From: Phoronis australis
Lineage: Eukaryota; Animalia; Phoronida
DNA length: 64,000 nt
NCBI GenBank assembly: GCA_002633005.1
Contig: NMRA01000443.1
Coordinates: 304,105 to 368,104 of the forward strand
Direction of reading: 5' to 3'
The notes under the pieces were generated by a model, which worked only from the letters and a program-made list of their open reading frames with translations, did no database searches and had not been told where the DNA came from. A program made the position numbers and the translations under genes. Shown here piece after piece: positions 39,739 through 52,400 of this stretch (its first letter is position 1; each line of letters starts with the position of its first letter).

Positions 39739-41654
39739 TTAATGCCTACACACGGAATTCCGTGTGTCGTTCATCATGTTTCCACAGGGCCACTTTTCAG
39801 TATAGGTGGCGCTGTGTCAGAAGATAGGGGTCGCAAGCTCTAGTGAAATAATACATAGGTCACGTGCAGGAGTTGGCATTCCAGCGCTAGAGTTGTATGG
39901 TAAACAAAGTTGGTGCTTCGTTTGAGCAAACAGAAATTCGGATACCTACTTTCAACACACTAAGGGGGTGTTTTGGAAACAGCTCGTTAGACAGTGAACC
40001 AGAGACCCAGGAACTGCACCCAAGGTGAACCCCTTCGCGAATGACGCATTACACGAATAAAGGGAACTTAATTACCGTACTTGTAATAACCACTAAAGAA
40101 TGACAGTAGACCTCCACTCTAAGAAAATATGCGAATTCGTAAATGACACCCCGGCCATTAAAGATCAAAATTAGGTGCAGGTAAAACAAGTGTCGACTGC
40201 AGTAGACTGGGGGAGGGGGAGTTGCATTCACATTTGCCGTTGGTTAGCCACTTTCTATTACGAGGCCTTCGTCGGTATACCTGTTAATGGTTAATACACA
40301 TTTGAGTTGTATGCATGGGGGCATGTGGCAACATGTTTACATTCAATCTGATCTCTAATTTTACGTAATGGGTAGGCCGAGTTCCTGGCCGGAGTCCCAC
40401 GCGTACGCTACCGAATAAGGCAATGTCTACCCACCAAATAAAGCAGAGACCGACAATTACCGAATGTCTCCCGCGAACCTCTGCGAGAAATTCCTGGAAG
40501 CAAACAACACGGGTATATACTAGAAAAGTAGCCAAGATCAAAATGGTTAGGAAGGTAAGTTTATAGTGTTTTTAACGTCATTAGACTATCTGCGACTGCA
40601 GGAAACCATCTTCAAACAATTACCTAAGCTAGCAAACCCCGAGAACACTCCCTGGCGCAGTCCGCCGCCGTATATAACTGGCGTTGCCGTTGGTAAAATG
40701 AGATTGGCTGCTTGGGAATTTCCAGGAAAACAGTCACGTGGTCTACAATGATTACTGCTGCCAACAGGATCGCAGTTCCCAACGGTCTCGAACCCCAGTC
40801 ACCAGGTGGCGAGACCATTTCGTTCACTGAGTATCTTTTCAAAGCAGAGTTGCTAGAAAGGTGATAGGGATAACGTCAACTGAGAGTTGGAAATGATTCA
40901 TTTAATACCTTTTATTAAAAGTTTGAAATATACATGGATAAGAAAAATATTTATCAAATGTGATATTTCGTGTCTATATTTCCTAAAATAAAAGCCTTGC
41001 TTGCCACTTAGATTTTTTAAGTCGAAAATACCTGTCTCTTAGCTAGGACCAGAAATAGCTTCTGGATTGACGTTTTTCATCGTTCTTGTGACTATAAATA
41101 CCCGTACTTCATAAGAATTCAAAAGTGGCGTCCTAGCCACCGTTGAACAACTCTTTGATAAATAATACTTTGATAAAACAAACTGTTATACACAACTGGT
41201 TAAAGCTAGTCGCTGGTCAGCTCAGCTATGATTTACTTGAGACAGACAGCTTAATTAGCTAGTACCTGTCCGTCAAAATTCGTTTTATTATGATCTAGTT
41301 TCGAGAAAAGTTTATTTTATTATGAACATTCTTTGTATGGTTTTTTGAAAAGGTGAGGTCCCAAGGTCCCTGGTGTAGTGCCTTAGTTGGACCTGCTTCA
41401 AAATCCCTCGTTGAAATACGACCGGTATATAGTTCAGTTTCTGGTGGCTAGGGAAAATGCTACAGAGTGAATCCCAAACTGAAAATGAACACATTGGAGT
41501 CCAAATTCAGTTCCGTGGATCACTGCGCGGACCTTTACTGAATGGTTACTTTTAACGTGGTTGCGTCAGTCATGACATACTTCGTCTGTGTAATACGCAC
41601 GGGAATGGCAAGCAAAGAATTCAGTTTTCAAGAACAAAAATTCATTGCGCAATA

Positions 41655-42233
41655 CTATTGTATGATGCATAGGTGCTTTCACGGTAATGTACCGACTTAT
41701 CTATGTAGTAATCTCGTACTAGTGTTCGAAATAGCCACCAGATCAGGACAAGATTTTCTGCCTCAAACAATTTGGTTTTGTCCAGACACAGAACATCGTT
41801 TTATTCTAAGTCCATCTTTATTCAGACCATCAAACAGTGGAACAATTTGCCTAATAGTCTTAAGGATGCTGACTGTTATGATAATTTCAGACACCACCTC
41901 ATCAGTTACCTGTGGTCGTCATAGATGTCCCTCCTATTTGTCTTTCCAATATATTTACCAAAAATTTTTTATTTATTTATTTATCTTTAATTCAATTTGT
42001 TTATCCAATTTGTAAATACTATTTTATTAAATGTATTTTATTGTATCTTAATTTAATCTGTTTAACTAACTTAATTTAATTAATTTAATTTCTTGCTGCA
42101 GAGGACCTGTTTTACATTTATTGTATTTTTATCCTCTTTAAATAAAGTTTATTATTATTATTATTATTATTTATTATTATTATTATTATTATTTATTATA
42201 ATAATAATAATAATAATTATTATTATTATTATT
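41655..42233 (+). mobile_element. 3' end remnant of an L2/CR1-like LINE with (TTA)n tail
   Basis: HRCFHGNVPTYL and IKQWNNLPNSLK motifs, then aataaa and a (TTA)n/(TAA)n microsatellite at about 42150-42233. Confidence 0.65.
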
Positions 42234-43375
42234 GGAAACTAAAATATCAAGGAAGCGCAAAGGCAACCTTCCCAAGTTAATGAGCAATGAGTTTAATTTT
42301 ATTTATTTAACGACTTAAACTTCGTTTTCGATCTTCTGTTTGTGAATTTAAAACACTAAAATAGTTTCTTCGTATACACTGAAATCGTTTAGTGTACTTT
42401 GCTATTTGAGGCTCTGTTGATAGATCGAGTTTTCCCAAGGTTAGCCCGCAATTAAGTTCAGTGAAGCATCGTCATTTCTTACATGATCATATAACTTCTA
42501 ATTGTTAAAAATCATCCATCAATCGTGTGTCGTTTATCATGTTTCCACAGCGCCACTTTTCAGTATATGTGGCGCTGTGTCAGAGGGTACGGTCTTGCTT
42601 GACCGAAGCCATTTTCTGTCGAACTTCTGCATCGCGTGTCCTTATATGTTCTGGTTGGCGTAAGAACAATTCAGTAGAATAGAAAAAGAACTACGAGACT
42701 TGCAGGGCGCTTACGCAAGAAAAACGTAACGTGTTTTTTCTTGCGGTGAAATCGGCTGTAGCCGAGAATGTAGAGGTAGGCAACAACAACAACAACAGGT
42801 AGACCGGCAGCCAAAAGCACTTAGCATAGATGAACGAGATACCAACATCTGAACATAGCAGCACTTAGAGTCCACCTCAGTATATACACAAAGTTGTCGG
42901 CACTCCGGGTATGACTCCTGGGTACCTTACAAGAGGCAAAAAATAAGCTAGATTAGACATTCGAGGTATACAAGCCAAAACCGTTTTAAAACGCACAATA
43001 GTACCGCACTTAAGACCGAATGACCCATGACAGAAACCCAAAAATGAGGTACTACAAAAAACTAATTTCATCTGATTCAATACATGTCACTGGTCACTAA
43101 ATGCGCAATGATAGACAAAATATAACTCTGGGTTGTGCCCGCCAGAAATAATGGAAAATCTCAAGCACGCTATGCCATTGAAAGTTTGAGCTACATAAGA
43201 TAGTCGAGATCACCTGCTACAGCTGACTTAAACCAGCAGTCTTACCGCAATGAACACCAGGTAACCCACGACAGACAAATTGTCATTTGGAAAGGGTTCG
43301 CTGGACGCCGTAATAGGAGCTAAGTCATGTTTTCGAGGTACCACAATAAACAAATCCACAGTCCATTACTAAACG

Positions 43376-43612
43376 CTAGAAAGGACTTTCTCTGTCGCTC
43401 TTCACTTGTCGGGCGATCATTCCGATGACAATTACAATAACATCAGTGTTAGAGACCTTGATCAATGTATTGCCATTTGAGTTGGGTAAGTGCAAGGCAA
43501 GAAGCGTGTCGGCCTCTTCATGGGAACCTTGAAGATCAGGTGGATGATCAGCTGCCATGGTGAGCTGCCGCCATGTGAGACTACAAGTGCTTTCTCTCCA
43601 AAATTGGTCCAT
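43376..43612 (-). pseudogene. Fragment with XPG/PIN-like motif, resembling Academ transposase
   Basis: LQGSHEEADTLLALH...IKVSNTDVIVI matches the HEEADT..H..SxDTDV pattern. Confidence 0.6.
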
Positions 43613-43854
43613 ATAGGTCTTTCTGCTATTCTTGATGGAGGAAGGTTGCCAAACTGTCGTTAAATGTCCCGTTGTGTATGCCAGGAGTTTTTCAAGAAGA
43701 CATTTTGGGTGTGAAAATTATGTTACAGTATTTTAAGGAAAGAAGTTATATTTGATCTTTAAAAAGTTTAGGCCTTAAACAGCTGTGTTTAAGTACATGT
43801 AACATTGTAATTCTGAACTATTTACCTATAACTACTGATCTCTATAGTACTTAA

Positions 43855-45522
43855 AGGAGAATGCCACACGATTCAATTAGTCTTTTTTTACGGACTTAAT
43901 CGGTCTATATCCACATCGCCTCTTATTCGGTCGACCTCACCTTGCTGAGAGGTGTCGCGTTAACCTGTGACGAAGGTGAGGAACGACGCAGCGACGTCAG
44001 TGGTTCATCTGCAGAGTGAATACCGCTGTATTGCGGTGAATCGTTCCCGCTTGTCCGAACTATGAAGCTGTGAAGAAAGCGGGTATATCGTTTTTTCGAC
44101 TTCCTCGAGAGCCCGAAATGCTTAGGCAGTGGCTCGCGGTAGTGAAGAATGAAAAGTACGTTGTTAATAGCAAATATGAGGCTGTGAAACATTTCCGTGT
44201 CTGTGGCCGGCATTTCGTCGATAGTGATTTCTCTGACGAATTCCGGCTTACCAAAGAACTATCCATACGTTCCGCTGCCTGTGCATGTTCACGGCGCACA
44301 TCTAGTATTTCTTGATCAGTATCTTCCGGTTCGAACTGATAGCTGTGAAACCTAACGATCCGACCCGTGAACTCTTCGTCAGATGAGCTCTCGACCATGT
44401 CGGGATTGGCCTCGGGCGAGTTGCCATGTAGACGGTTATTATTCTGCGTTCTGTTTCAAATGAATTATTCTCACACCAATCAATGCTTATATATAAAAAT
44501 GAAACAAAGTCTGTCTCATTAGATACAATTTGTAACGCCTTTGGAGTATTCGTGAGTGCAAACGTTTTGAGGAGCCAGCAATGAATAAACCACTGCGTTA
44601 CCGGCTTTAGATGCAACAAAAGTAATTGACCGGGCACCATGGCCGTGTGAGCGAATGCTAATTCAGTGTTTGCTGACAAAAACTATTGTGAAACAATAAC
44701 TCGATTATATATGCTATGGTCACATTTCAGGGCAATCTTTATTTAGACAAATACATTATTCTAATCATTGTTACTGTACAACCTTTGCGGCCCTGGCGGT
44801 TCTGTGGAAGGGGAACATGATTTCGTGACCCCCGACAAGTAAGTAGATTTTTTCAGTTTTGTGGCTAATTCACCGAAATGATTACGTGCATATTTTTTTC
44901 TTTGGCTCACTATTATAGTCTTTTCGCGACTGGAGGTTTGGTTTCCAACTTAAGCTGGTTTATGTTCGTGATATCCAGTCCCAGCGGCCGCGACGGGCCT
45001 GATCGGGTTCCGAGCCACTGGCGGGGAGTAACAAGCGTTTTGTGTGTTGAGAACTGCAAAATCGCAAGTCTAAAAGTACAACACACAGCTATGTTCCCCC
45101 GTCTGTATTTCACGAAAGTATTATTCGAATTTATCACCAAACAGACCCAAACACCCGCGATCGACGATGGTAAATTGACATACCGAACTCTGTAGGCTAC
45201 GGTACGTTCAGATGCCTATAAATCCATAACAGTGAAATAAAACGACACGTTTGTTCAATAACTCGATGTATTTGTGCAGGGTTTACATCGAATTTTGATG
45301 ATTTATTGGTGTAAAACGATGAATTCAAGCGATAAGTTGACACCAGTAAGCGTGTTGTGAATGGTTGAACAGAATGCGTTCAAACCAACTACGTCATTGG
45401 TTAATTTCAACATATCCGTCTGCCGTTAGGTGTCAGGTAAAACAAATGAACTTGTTGTTATCGAGTGGAACTACTTGATCTAAACTGATACAAAATAGGT
45501 TGTTTTTGGGTGACATTCTCCG
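43855..45522 (+). mobile_element. Kolobok-type family A, longer copy: THAP remnant on +, KolX-like start on -
   Basis: TTAA TSDs and TIRs; ISFFRLPREPEMLRQWLAVVKNE..FRVCGRHFVDSDF on +; MVESSSDEE..SYQFEPE on -. Confidence 0.85.
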
Positions 45523-46023
45523 TTAACTTCACCCGTGAAATTTCAAAAAATAAAAAGTTTACCTTGTAAAAGAACCCAATCCAGCGTACAGTGTATTTGC
45601 CAAGTGCCCCACACTTTGCGGACTGTTCCACTTTTTGATTTTTTGCTCCATTCCGCCACACCATCTAAATGTCTTGACGCACGGCCAAATTGATATACTT
45701 ATATACTTTTGTAATTTCCCTCGCGACATAGCCATATTTTCCAGCTCAACTAAAAAACGCGACAGTTTCGAAACCTCATTTTACTGCACTAGCTGCGGTC
45801 TTAAGGGTTGTTCTTTTGACAGTTCCTGATGTTTCAAAGTTTTATATTAGCGTTATCAGGTATTTTCCAAAATGCTTACTTTTCGCCATCATCCATTTGG
45901 CACTCAGTGTGACGCTATTGTTGACTTAAGCAAGGAGAGAGTTCAATAGACGCGAAAGTATTACCGAAACCCAAAAATCCCCCAGGAACTGCAAACTCAA
46001 GAACGTGATCATTCTACCTTCCT

Positions 46024-46326
46024 CAGTGGCGGATTTAGGGGGAGACAAGGGGGCCATGCCCACCCCCCTAAAATTCTACCAGATACAATTTGGGAGTTCG
46101 TGTATGAATTGCTGACTAGCACATGCGCACAACCAGGGGGTGAATGAACAAAGCATAGGCCCTAAAGAAACCCCGTTTACCGTTTTTTTTTAGTCAACAG
46201 GTCCACAAACCCAAAAGTTCGAGGCCCCTGCATCCGTACATTTGAGGCTGGGCACGCGCATATGCCGAAATTCTGGTTATTCCTGTACCCTTGCCCCCCT
46301 AACTCAAAATCCTAGATCCGCCCCTG
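46024..46326. mobile_element. MITE with 5-bp TSD (ttcct); family copies at about 6349-6602, 29747-30065, 61698-62006 and 63949 to window end
   Basis: Ends cagtggcggatttag / ctagatccgcccctg; other copies flanked by cgatg/cgatg and cgata/cgatg. Confidence 0.85.
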
Positions 46327-46737
46327 TTCCTTATCAAAATGCTTGATTTTACGAAACTGTACCAAGATTTAACCGGGCTCTTCCTTTTCTAATATTGAAC
46401 CTCGGTAGCACGTTTCCAATACGCAGAATTAGTTAAATACACGATAATTTTTATTCTATTCCGTTCGTATCCCCGGAACTGTTGTGTCATTGGACGAGGT
46501 GTGATTACTTTATAATCAGACGATATAAGTCATAGTATAATTCTATTGTCTTAACACACTAACATCATACAGGAAGAAGAGCTGCATCATGGGTCAGGCT
46601 CAATGGAACAAATGCTAACAGGTCTTAGTAATAAATATTACATCTCCCTCTTTTGAAGACACACAGAGTTACGAAGCCTGTGTGAAAAGTCTAATGTCCT
46701 TTAAACTAAGACGGCAAATGTTCCGTGTAACACTTAA

Positions 46738-48050
46738 AGGCGAAAGCAACCTTATTCATGTCACTTTTAGCAAAAATAACTGAGGTTCGTTCCCAGACAC
46801 ATTTTTCACTTAGTTACAGCATTTCATAATTTGATTAATTTCTCGTCCTCTACTCCGGAAGTGACGTTTTTGGGAGGCAAGAGTTTCGCGCCAATTTCTT
46901 TTCATTATAGCCTGACTGTGAGAGTCATTGTTCTACCTCGGTTGTGATAAGTTCGGTCGTCGTTTGCTTTTGTTTACAAGTCAGTCAACATGCCACGCTG
47001 TTGCTGCGTGCCGGGATGTACTCATTATTGTCTCACACGCGCTTTGGGTACCTTGCGTTGCTTTCCGAAGGATGACACACTTCGTCGTACTTGGCTAGCT
47101 CGTTCATGTGAAGAACGCAGCGCTACCCGTTCACGCAACGTACAAAGCAGTGGAGGGTTACCGAGTGTGTGGCAAGCATTTTCTGCCGTCAGATTATGAC
47201 AGATATGTACGCTGAATTGATGAACGTCTCTGCGAAACAACGCCTGAAGAAGTACCATACCGTCGCTGTTGATTCCCGGCAGTGCCCCGTCGCCAACCCC
47301 GAGAAGTGCGTTTTTGAAGCGAGAAGCCTCGCGAGCTGTGGCCACTATATACAGTGACTGGAGGCACTTCATCTACTGTCACCTGTGCCTCCGAATGTAC
47401 CCCATTGCGTGCAATTCCGGGAACTGGCAGTGATTCGCCCTGTGCTGTTGTCTTTAGCCCAGAGCCTGTAAGCAGCCCTGCAGCGATGTTGAGTAGTGGG
47501 AGTGAATACAGGCCCAGTTCGACACCCAGTGATCAGGACAGTTCGTCATCCAATGAACAGATCGGAGAGCCTGTTTGATAAGTTTATTGTGGACTTGTAT
47601 TGGAGCTATTTGGAAGGTGCCAGGTGTGTGGCGAGGGAGTCACACGGCGGGATGTAAGCAGTTTGGGTGCTCAGATCACCCTTCAGTGGGAGTGTGTTGC
47701 GGGACACTCGGGCAAGTGGGACAGTTCTTCCTCTGTACTTGAGACGATAATGAGTACTCCCCAGTACGCAGCAACAGCGTGGCATGTTGACTGACTCGTA
47801 AGCAAAAGCAAACGACCACCGAACTTATCACAACCGAGGTAGAACAATGACTTACTTGATTGCTCTCACAGTCAGACTATATGAAAAGAAATTGGCGCGA
47901 AATTCTTGCCTCCCAAAATGTCACTTCCGGAGTAAACGACGAGTAATTAATTAAATTATGAAAAGCAGTAAATAAGTGAAAAACACATCTGGGATAATCA
48001 ACGAACCTTATTTTTGCTTAAAATGACATGAAAAAAGGTTGCCTTCGCCT
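46738..48050 (+). mobile_element. Kolobok-type family B with ~300-bp inverted arms and THAP-transposase 5' remnant
   Basis: TTAA TSDs; TIR aggcgaaagcaacc / ggttgccttcgcct; MPRCCCVPGC..CFPKD..RTW, VCGKHF, and ELFGRCQVCG..WECVAGHSGKWDSS. Confidence 0.85.
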
Positions 48051-49408
48051 TTAATGTGTTTTAAAACTAATTAAACAAAATGTTCCGTTCACAAGTCCAT
48101 CCGCTGAGGTTTCCGCACAACACGTCTAGTTCGGGTAGGTGCAGGAGTGTTAGTAGGGATATTTGGCTCTTCTGGCGTCGATGTGTTGAGTTCGGTCTGC
48201 TGGTCAATATTGAACTGTTCTGAAGTTGCGACGGAAAGTTCCTCGGTTGGTTGCCACCTTGTATGATCGGGGTGTGGCTTCCTGACTGATAACCTTTCCA
48301 GGTTCCCACATCTTGGTAGCTGTACTGAGCATGAGTATGTTGTCGTTCGGACATAGTGGGGGTAACTGTTTTCGAACCTGGGAGGTTGCGCTTCTCTGCC
48401 TCTTGGCGCATTTCGAGTGCTTCATTGGTCTCGCCGTTTCCCTTCGTAGGCAAAGTAGGTACGTAGCATGGTGCGATACTTTCTGCTGTTGAGCAGTTCA
48501 CTTGCGGGAGTTTTGTGGTCAGTCGGCGTTGATCGTAGGCACAGCATTGCCAAGTGGGGGTCGCTGCCTGACTCGGAAGGCCTTGGTGAACATATTCCTA
48601 ACTGTCTGTACCATTCTTTCGATGAACTTGTTCACTTGGGGAAACATCTGTGATGTCGTAACATGTTCCAATTCGTACACTTCCACAAACTGTTTGAACT
48701 CGTACGATGAGAACTGTGGCCCGTTGTCTGAGGCGACCTTCTCGGGGAGACCGTGTTCATCAAATATAGTCTACAATTGATTGATGACAGAGCCAGACGT
48801 AGTTGAGTGTAGTCTTCGTACGGTACGAAACTTGCTGCACATATCAGCGACTAAGAGTCCTTCTGTTGCCAGTAGAATAGGTCCATACCAAGTGTGTGCC
48901 ACGGTCTAGATGGAACGTCTAGTGGTAACAGAGGTTCTTTGGGGTTTGCATTCTGGTGAGCTTGGCACGATGCACAATTGGACACAAAGGCGTCGATGTC
49001 CTTGTTGATTCCATCCCAGAATACTGACGCTCGGGCTCGTAGTCGGCACTTCTAGATTCCTTGATGGGCATAATGGATTGGCTTGAGCACTGTTTGGCGT
49101 AATGATCGTGGCACGACTATACGTCTTCCCTTCACGATGATGCCATCTTCAACTCCCAACTCGTCTCTGAAGTTCCAGTATCCATGCAGTGGCGGGGTAT
49201 TCAGCTCTGGCAATCATGTTTCATAGCACCATCATCTCAGGGTCCTTCGCTGTCTCATTGCGAATCTGAGTTAGGCGAGTATGACTGGTGTTCAGTTGGA
49301 GTTGAATCTCATGTACAGTTATGTCGAATCCTGGGATTGTGTCTGCAGCCTATGGGTCTATGCGTGATAGGGCATCTGCTAGTGGAACTTCGTTCTTGCC
49401 TACATAAA

Positions 49409-52400
49409 CAGGGCTCGACATTAACTTTTATTTAAACTTGTCCAGTCGGACAAGTAGAAATGAAATTTACTTGTCCTGACCTATAAGGCACTTGTCCAAA
49501 GATAATTAAACTCAAATTATACTTTTCAAACATATGTGAATGTCGCACATTATACCTATTAGCACAAGCTCAATAAACATGTGTAAGAGCATATATTACA
49601 CGACATTTAAATTTTGCACAAGTTTATTAACGTGGGTATTTGTATTTGGATTTCACCAGTGAACACGCTGCAAGTTTACCCTGGCTTTTCAATTTTGTTA
49701 TATAATGTATTTTTATAAGCTGCTGAGTGAGCAGTCGACTTCATGACTTTTCAAAGATTCGATCCTGAACACATCTGACCCAGATGCAACAGATGAACTG
49801 TTTGCGTCGACGTATTTTTCACACGGGACACAACACATTTTACTTCTGGTACGGTAACCAGTCAAAATCATTTCGGAAGGAATTCCTGTTTTCGTTTGTT
49901 GGTTTCATACTGTTGCTTGGTGATTTCACGCCCTTTGGTTTGGTTACCAGTTGCAAGATCAGAACTCCTTGACTTGAAACCATACGCAAACTAACTACCG
50001 TACTCGTCCGCGTTACCGCCCTGGGCGCTTAAATTGGGAATCTAAAAACGGGGTGGGCGGTAAGCCGAACATGGGCGGTTAAAATCGAAATTTTGGAAAA
50101 ATCTGCAGTTGTTGCTTACTGCACGGAAGAATGATTTCACTCGAACGGAGATACACTGACGTCGGACTTCAAGCATATCAGTTAAAATATAGGTCGGGGG
50201 ATTGAAGTAACGGACTTCGACGGCCTGCGCACACGATACAGTGGCGTCGTGATACTGAGCATGATTGGGTGTTTACGTACCTCGGTCGCTGCTGGGCATC
50301 TCTTAGAACTAAAGTATTCCTACAGGTAGGCGTGTGTTCAGTAGGGCAAGTTTCTTAAGAGAAAAGACAGACCAAGCAAGACTCCGTTAGTTTTTGGTGT
50401 AGTTTTAAGGGAAGCACTTGTAAAGATTTGCTGGACACAACCAAGCACGTGCTAATGATTGACAGGTCTTCTTATTGAATACTTTGAACAATGTAACATT
50501 TTATATACATTGTATATTTCTTTTTTTTTTAAGTTCAAAGCCAACACCGATGTCGTTCAAAGCATGTGCTCAACAATCGGGCGATACTACCAAGGAGTGT
50601 AGTAGTATAGGAGAGTTCATTTGTGAGTTCGCTGTTACCGCTACTACTAGCGCCGCCAAGTGGTGAACAATCAACTGTCAACCAGAAAGCGCCAAAACAA
50701 TGGGGAAGGACGCATTTTGCAGTGCGATAAATTTCATGAATTCATCCACGAAAACCCCAGACGTGTCATTTTTTAGGTTTTCTAAGGATCCAGAAAGGTA
50801 AGGATTATCTGTTATTCAATAAAATGATACATTGGCTTTCATTTCGTGTGTTCTGTTCACGGTTGTTAGGCAAGTCGATCACATTCCCGTTGCCACTGTT
50901 CTGTTGTCTGCAGTGTAGGCTAGGCCTACTGTACAACCGGGCTGCCGGCGGAAGGACTATGATGAACGTACGATGTGATCGTCAGCTTTTTGGATACTTG
51001 CAGTCCATCAATTCCAAATCAAAATGTCACCCGTTCGATCGCAGGGACAATTTTAGGAAAACATACCCATGCCCATGATGGCCATGAGTAATATGACTGG
51101 TGACACAGCCTTGGCACAATCACAGCCACAGGGCCACTAAGTCTGTCATGAGTCAAGTTAGCGAATCTGTGGGTCTCGGTGAAAAGGTGAAAAATCCGAA
51201 CATAATTTTAATGTGCCAGTTGGGCCAATTAAGTTAAGCAGTGCGTCATTGAAAACTTAATTCTATGTGTCAATGATGCGGGGGCGCGGCCCTGTTAAAA
51301 TATCAGTGGATCAACATTTGTGTCCGATTTTTTTCAGTTGACACCAAAACGCTTTTGTCTCTATCACAATCACAGTACAACAGGAATTCTGTAGTGTAGT
51401 GTACTTTAGTGTTGGCTGCCAGTCTTGTGTGAACCTAGTGAGTATGAGGTTTGTTCCTGAGTCTCTCAGTCATTGATTTCTGTTCAGGTGCAAGCGCTGG
51501 GAGCTGACCTTATGATCAGAGATGCAACCTGTTTGTCCAAGAACCGCAAGTTATGCTCTCATCACTTCGAGGAGTCCATGTTCATGAATGAAGAACAAGC
51601 TGGTATTGACTGCAGTGCCCAAACAATATTTGATGTCCCGAATCCACCAAAAATGAAGATGTCAGGGTCAAAAAGTTCTCCGGAAATTATATTACAACTC
51701 TGGAATAGGCTTTTTTGTATTTCTGATTATCGTCTCACAAAGCAAGTACTGGAACATCACGTGTAGAAACGACAATTAGTCCGCAAAATCTGGTTTTCGT
51801 ATTTTACTAAGGTTGATCAGATTGAAACATTTGATGAATGTTTAGCCTCTGATTTGGAGAGAGCCAAAGTGAAACTGATGAATCATTCAGAGTCTGAATG
51901 GTGGGCTATCCGTATCATTTTGCTTCTCGATGACAAACACCTCTGTGAGTAAATTAGTTTTCAGCTTTATTTATAACGCGTTTCTTTGGCGAAAAGTGCT
52001 GTTGGTTGCCAGTGAACTAATAGAAAGTGACGAGGTTGGTCAGATTTTCTTGTTGTATTGGTCGGTGTATGTGTTGCCTGTTTTGTACGTTTTTGGAGAT
52101 TGTGATTAATTTAAGCCCCAGTTGTGGCTAGGTATCAGATATGATCTTGTGGTCTGGCTTTAACTTACCTGAAATATGTACTAATAGGAACAGTGGGTAT
52201 ATAAAATAAAATTTTGGTTTTATCATTCAAGTCTTTTTAATTCAATTTTGTATGAAGTTATGTGGGTAGTGAATATTTTGATTGCTGTTTAGTACCTCTT
52301 ATTTTTTGTCGTGATATTTTGAACTTTGACTAGTTATGAGTGATGATATACTCAATGTTACTCCATTTTGTAAGTTGTGAGCTATTCTACAGATTAGCAA

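Noticed and set aside
42150-42233. (TTA)n/(TAA)n switch forming an AT hairpin
   Set aside because: Microsatellite tail of a LINE remnant; self-complementarity is incidental
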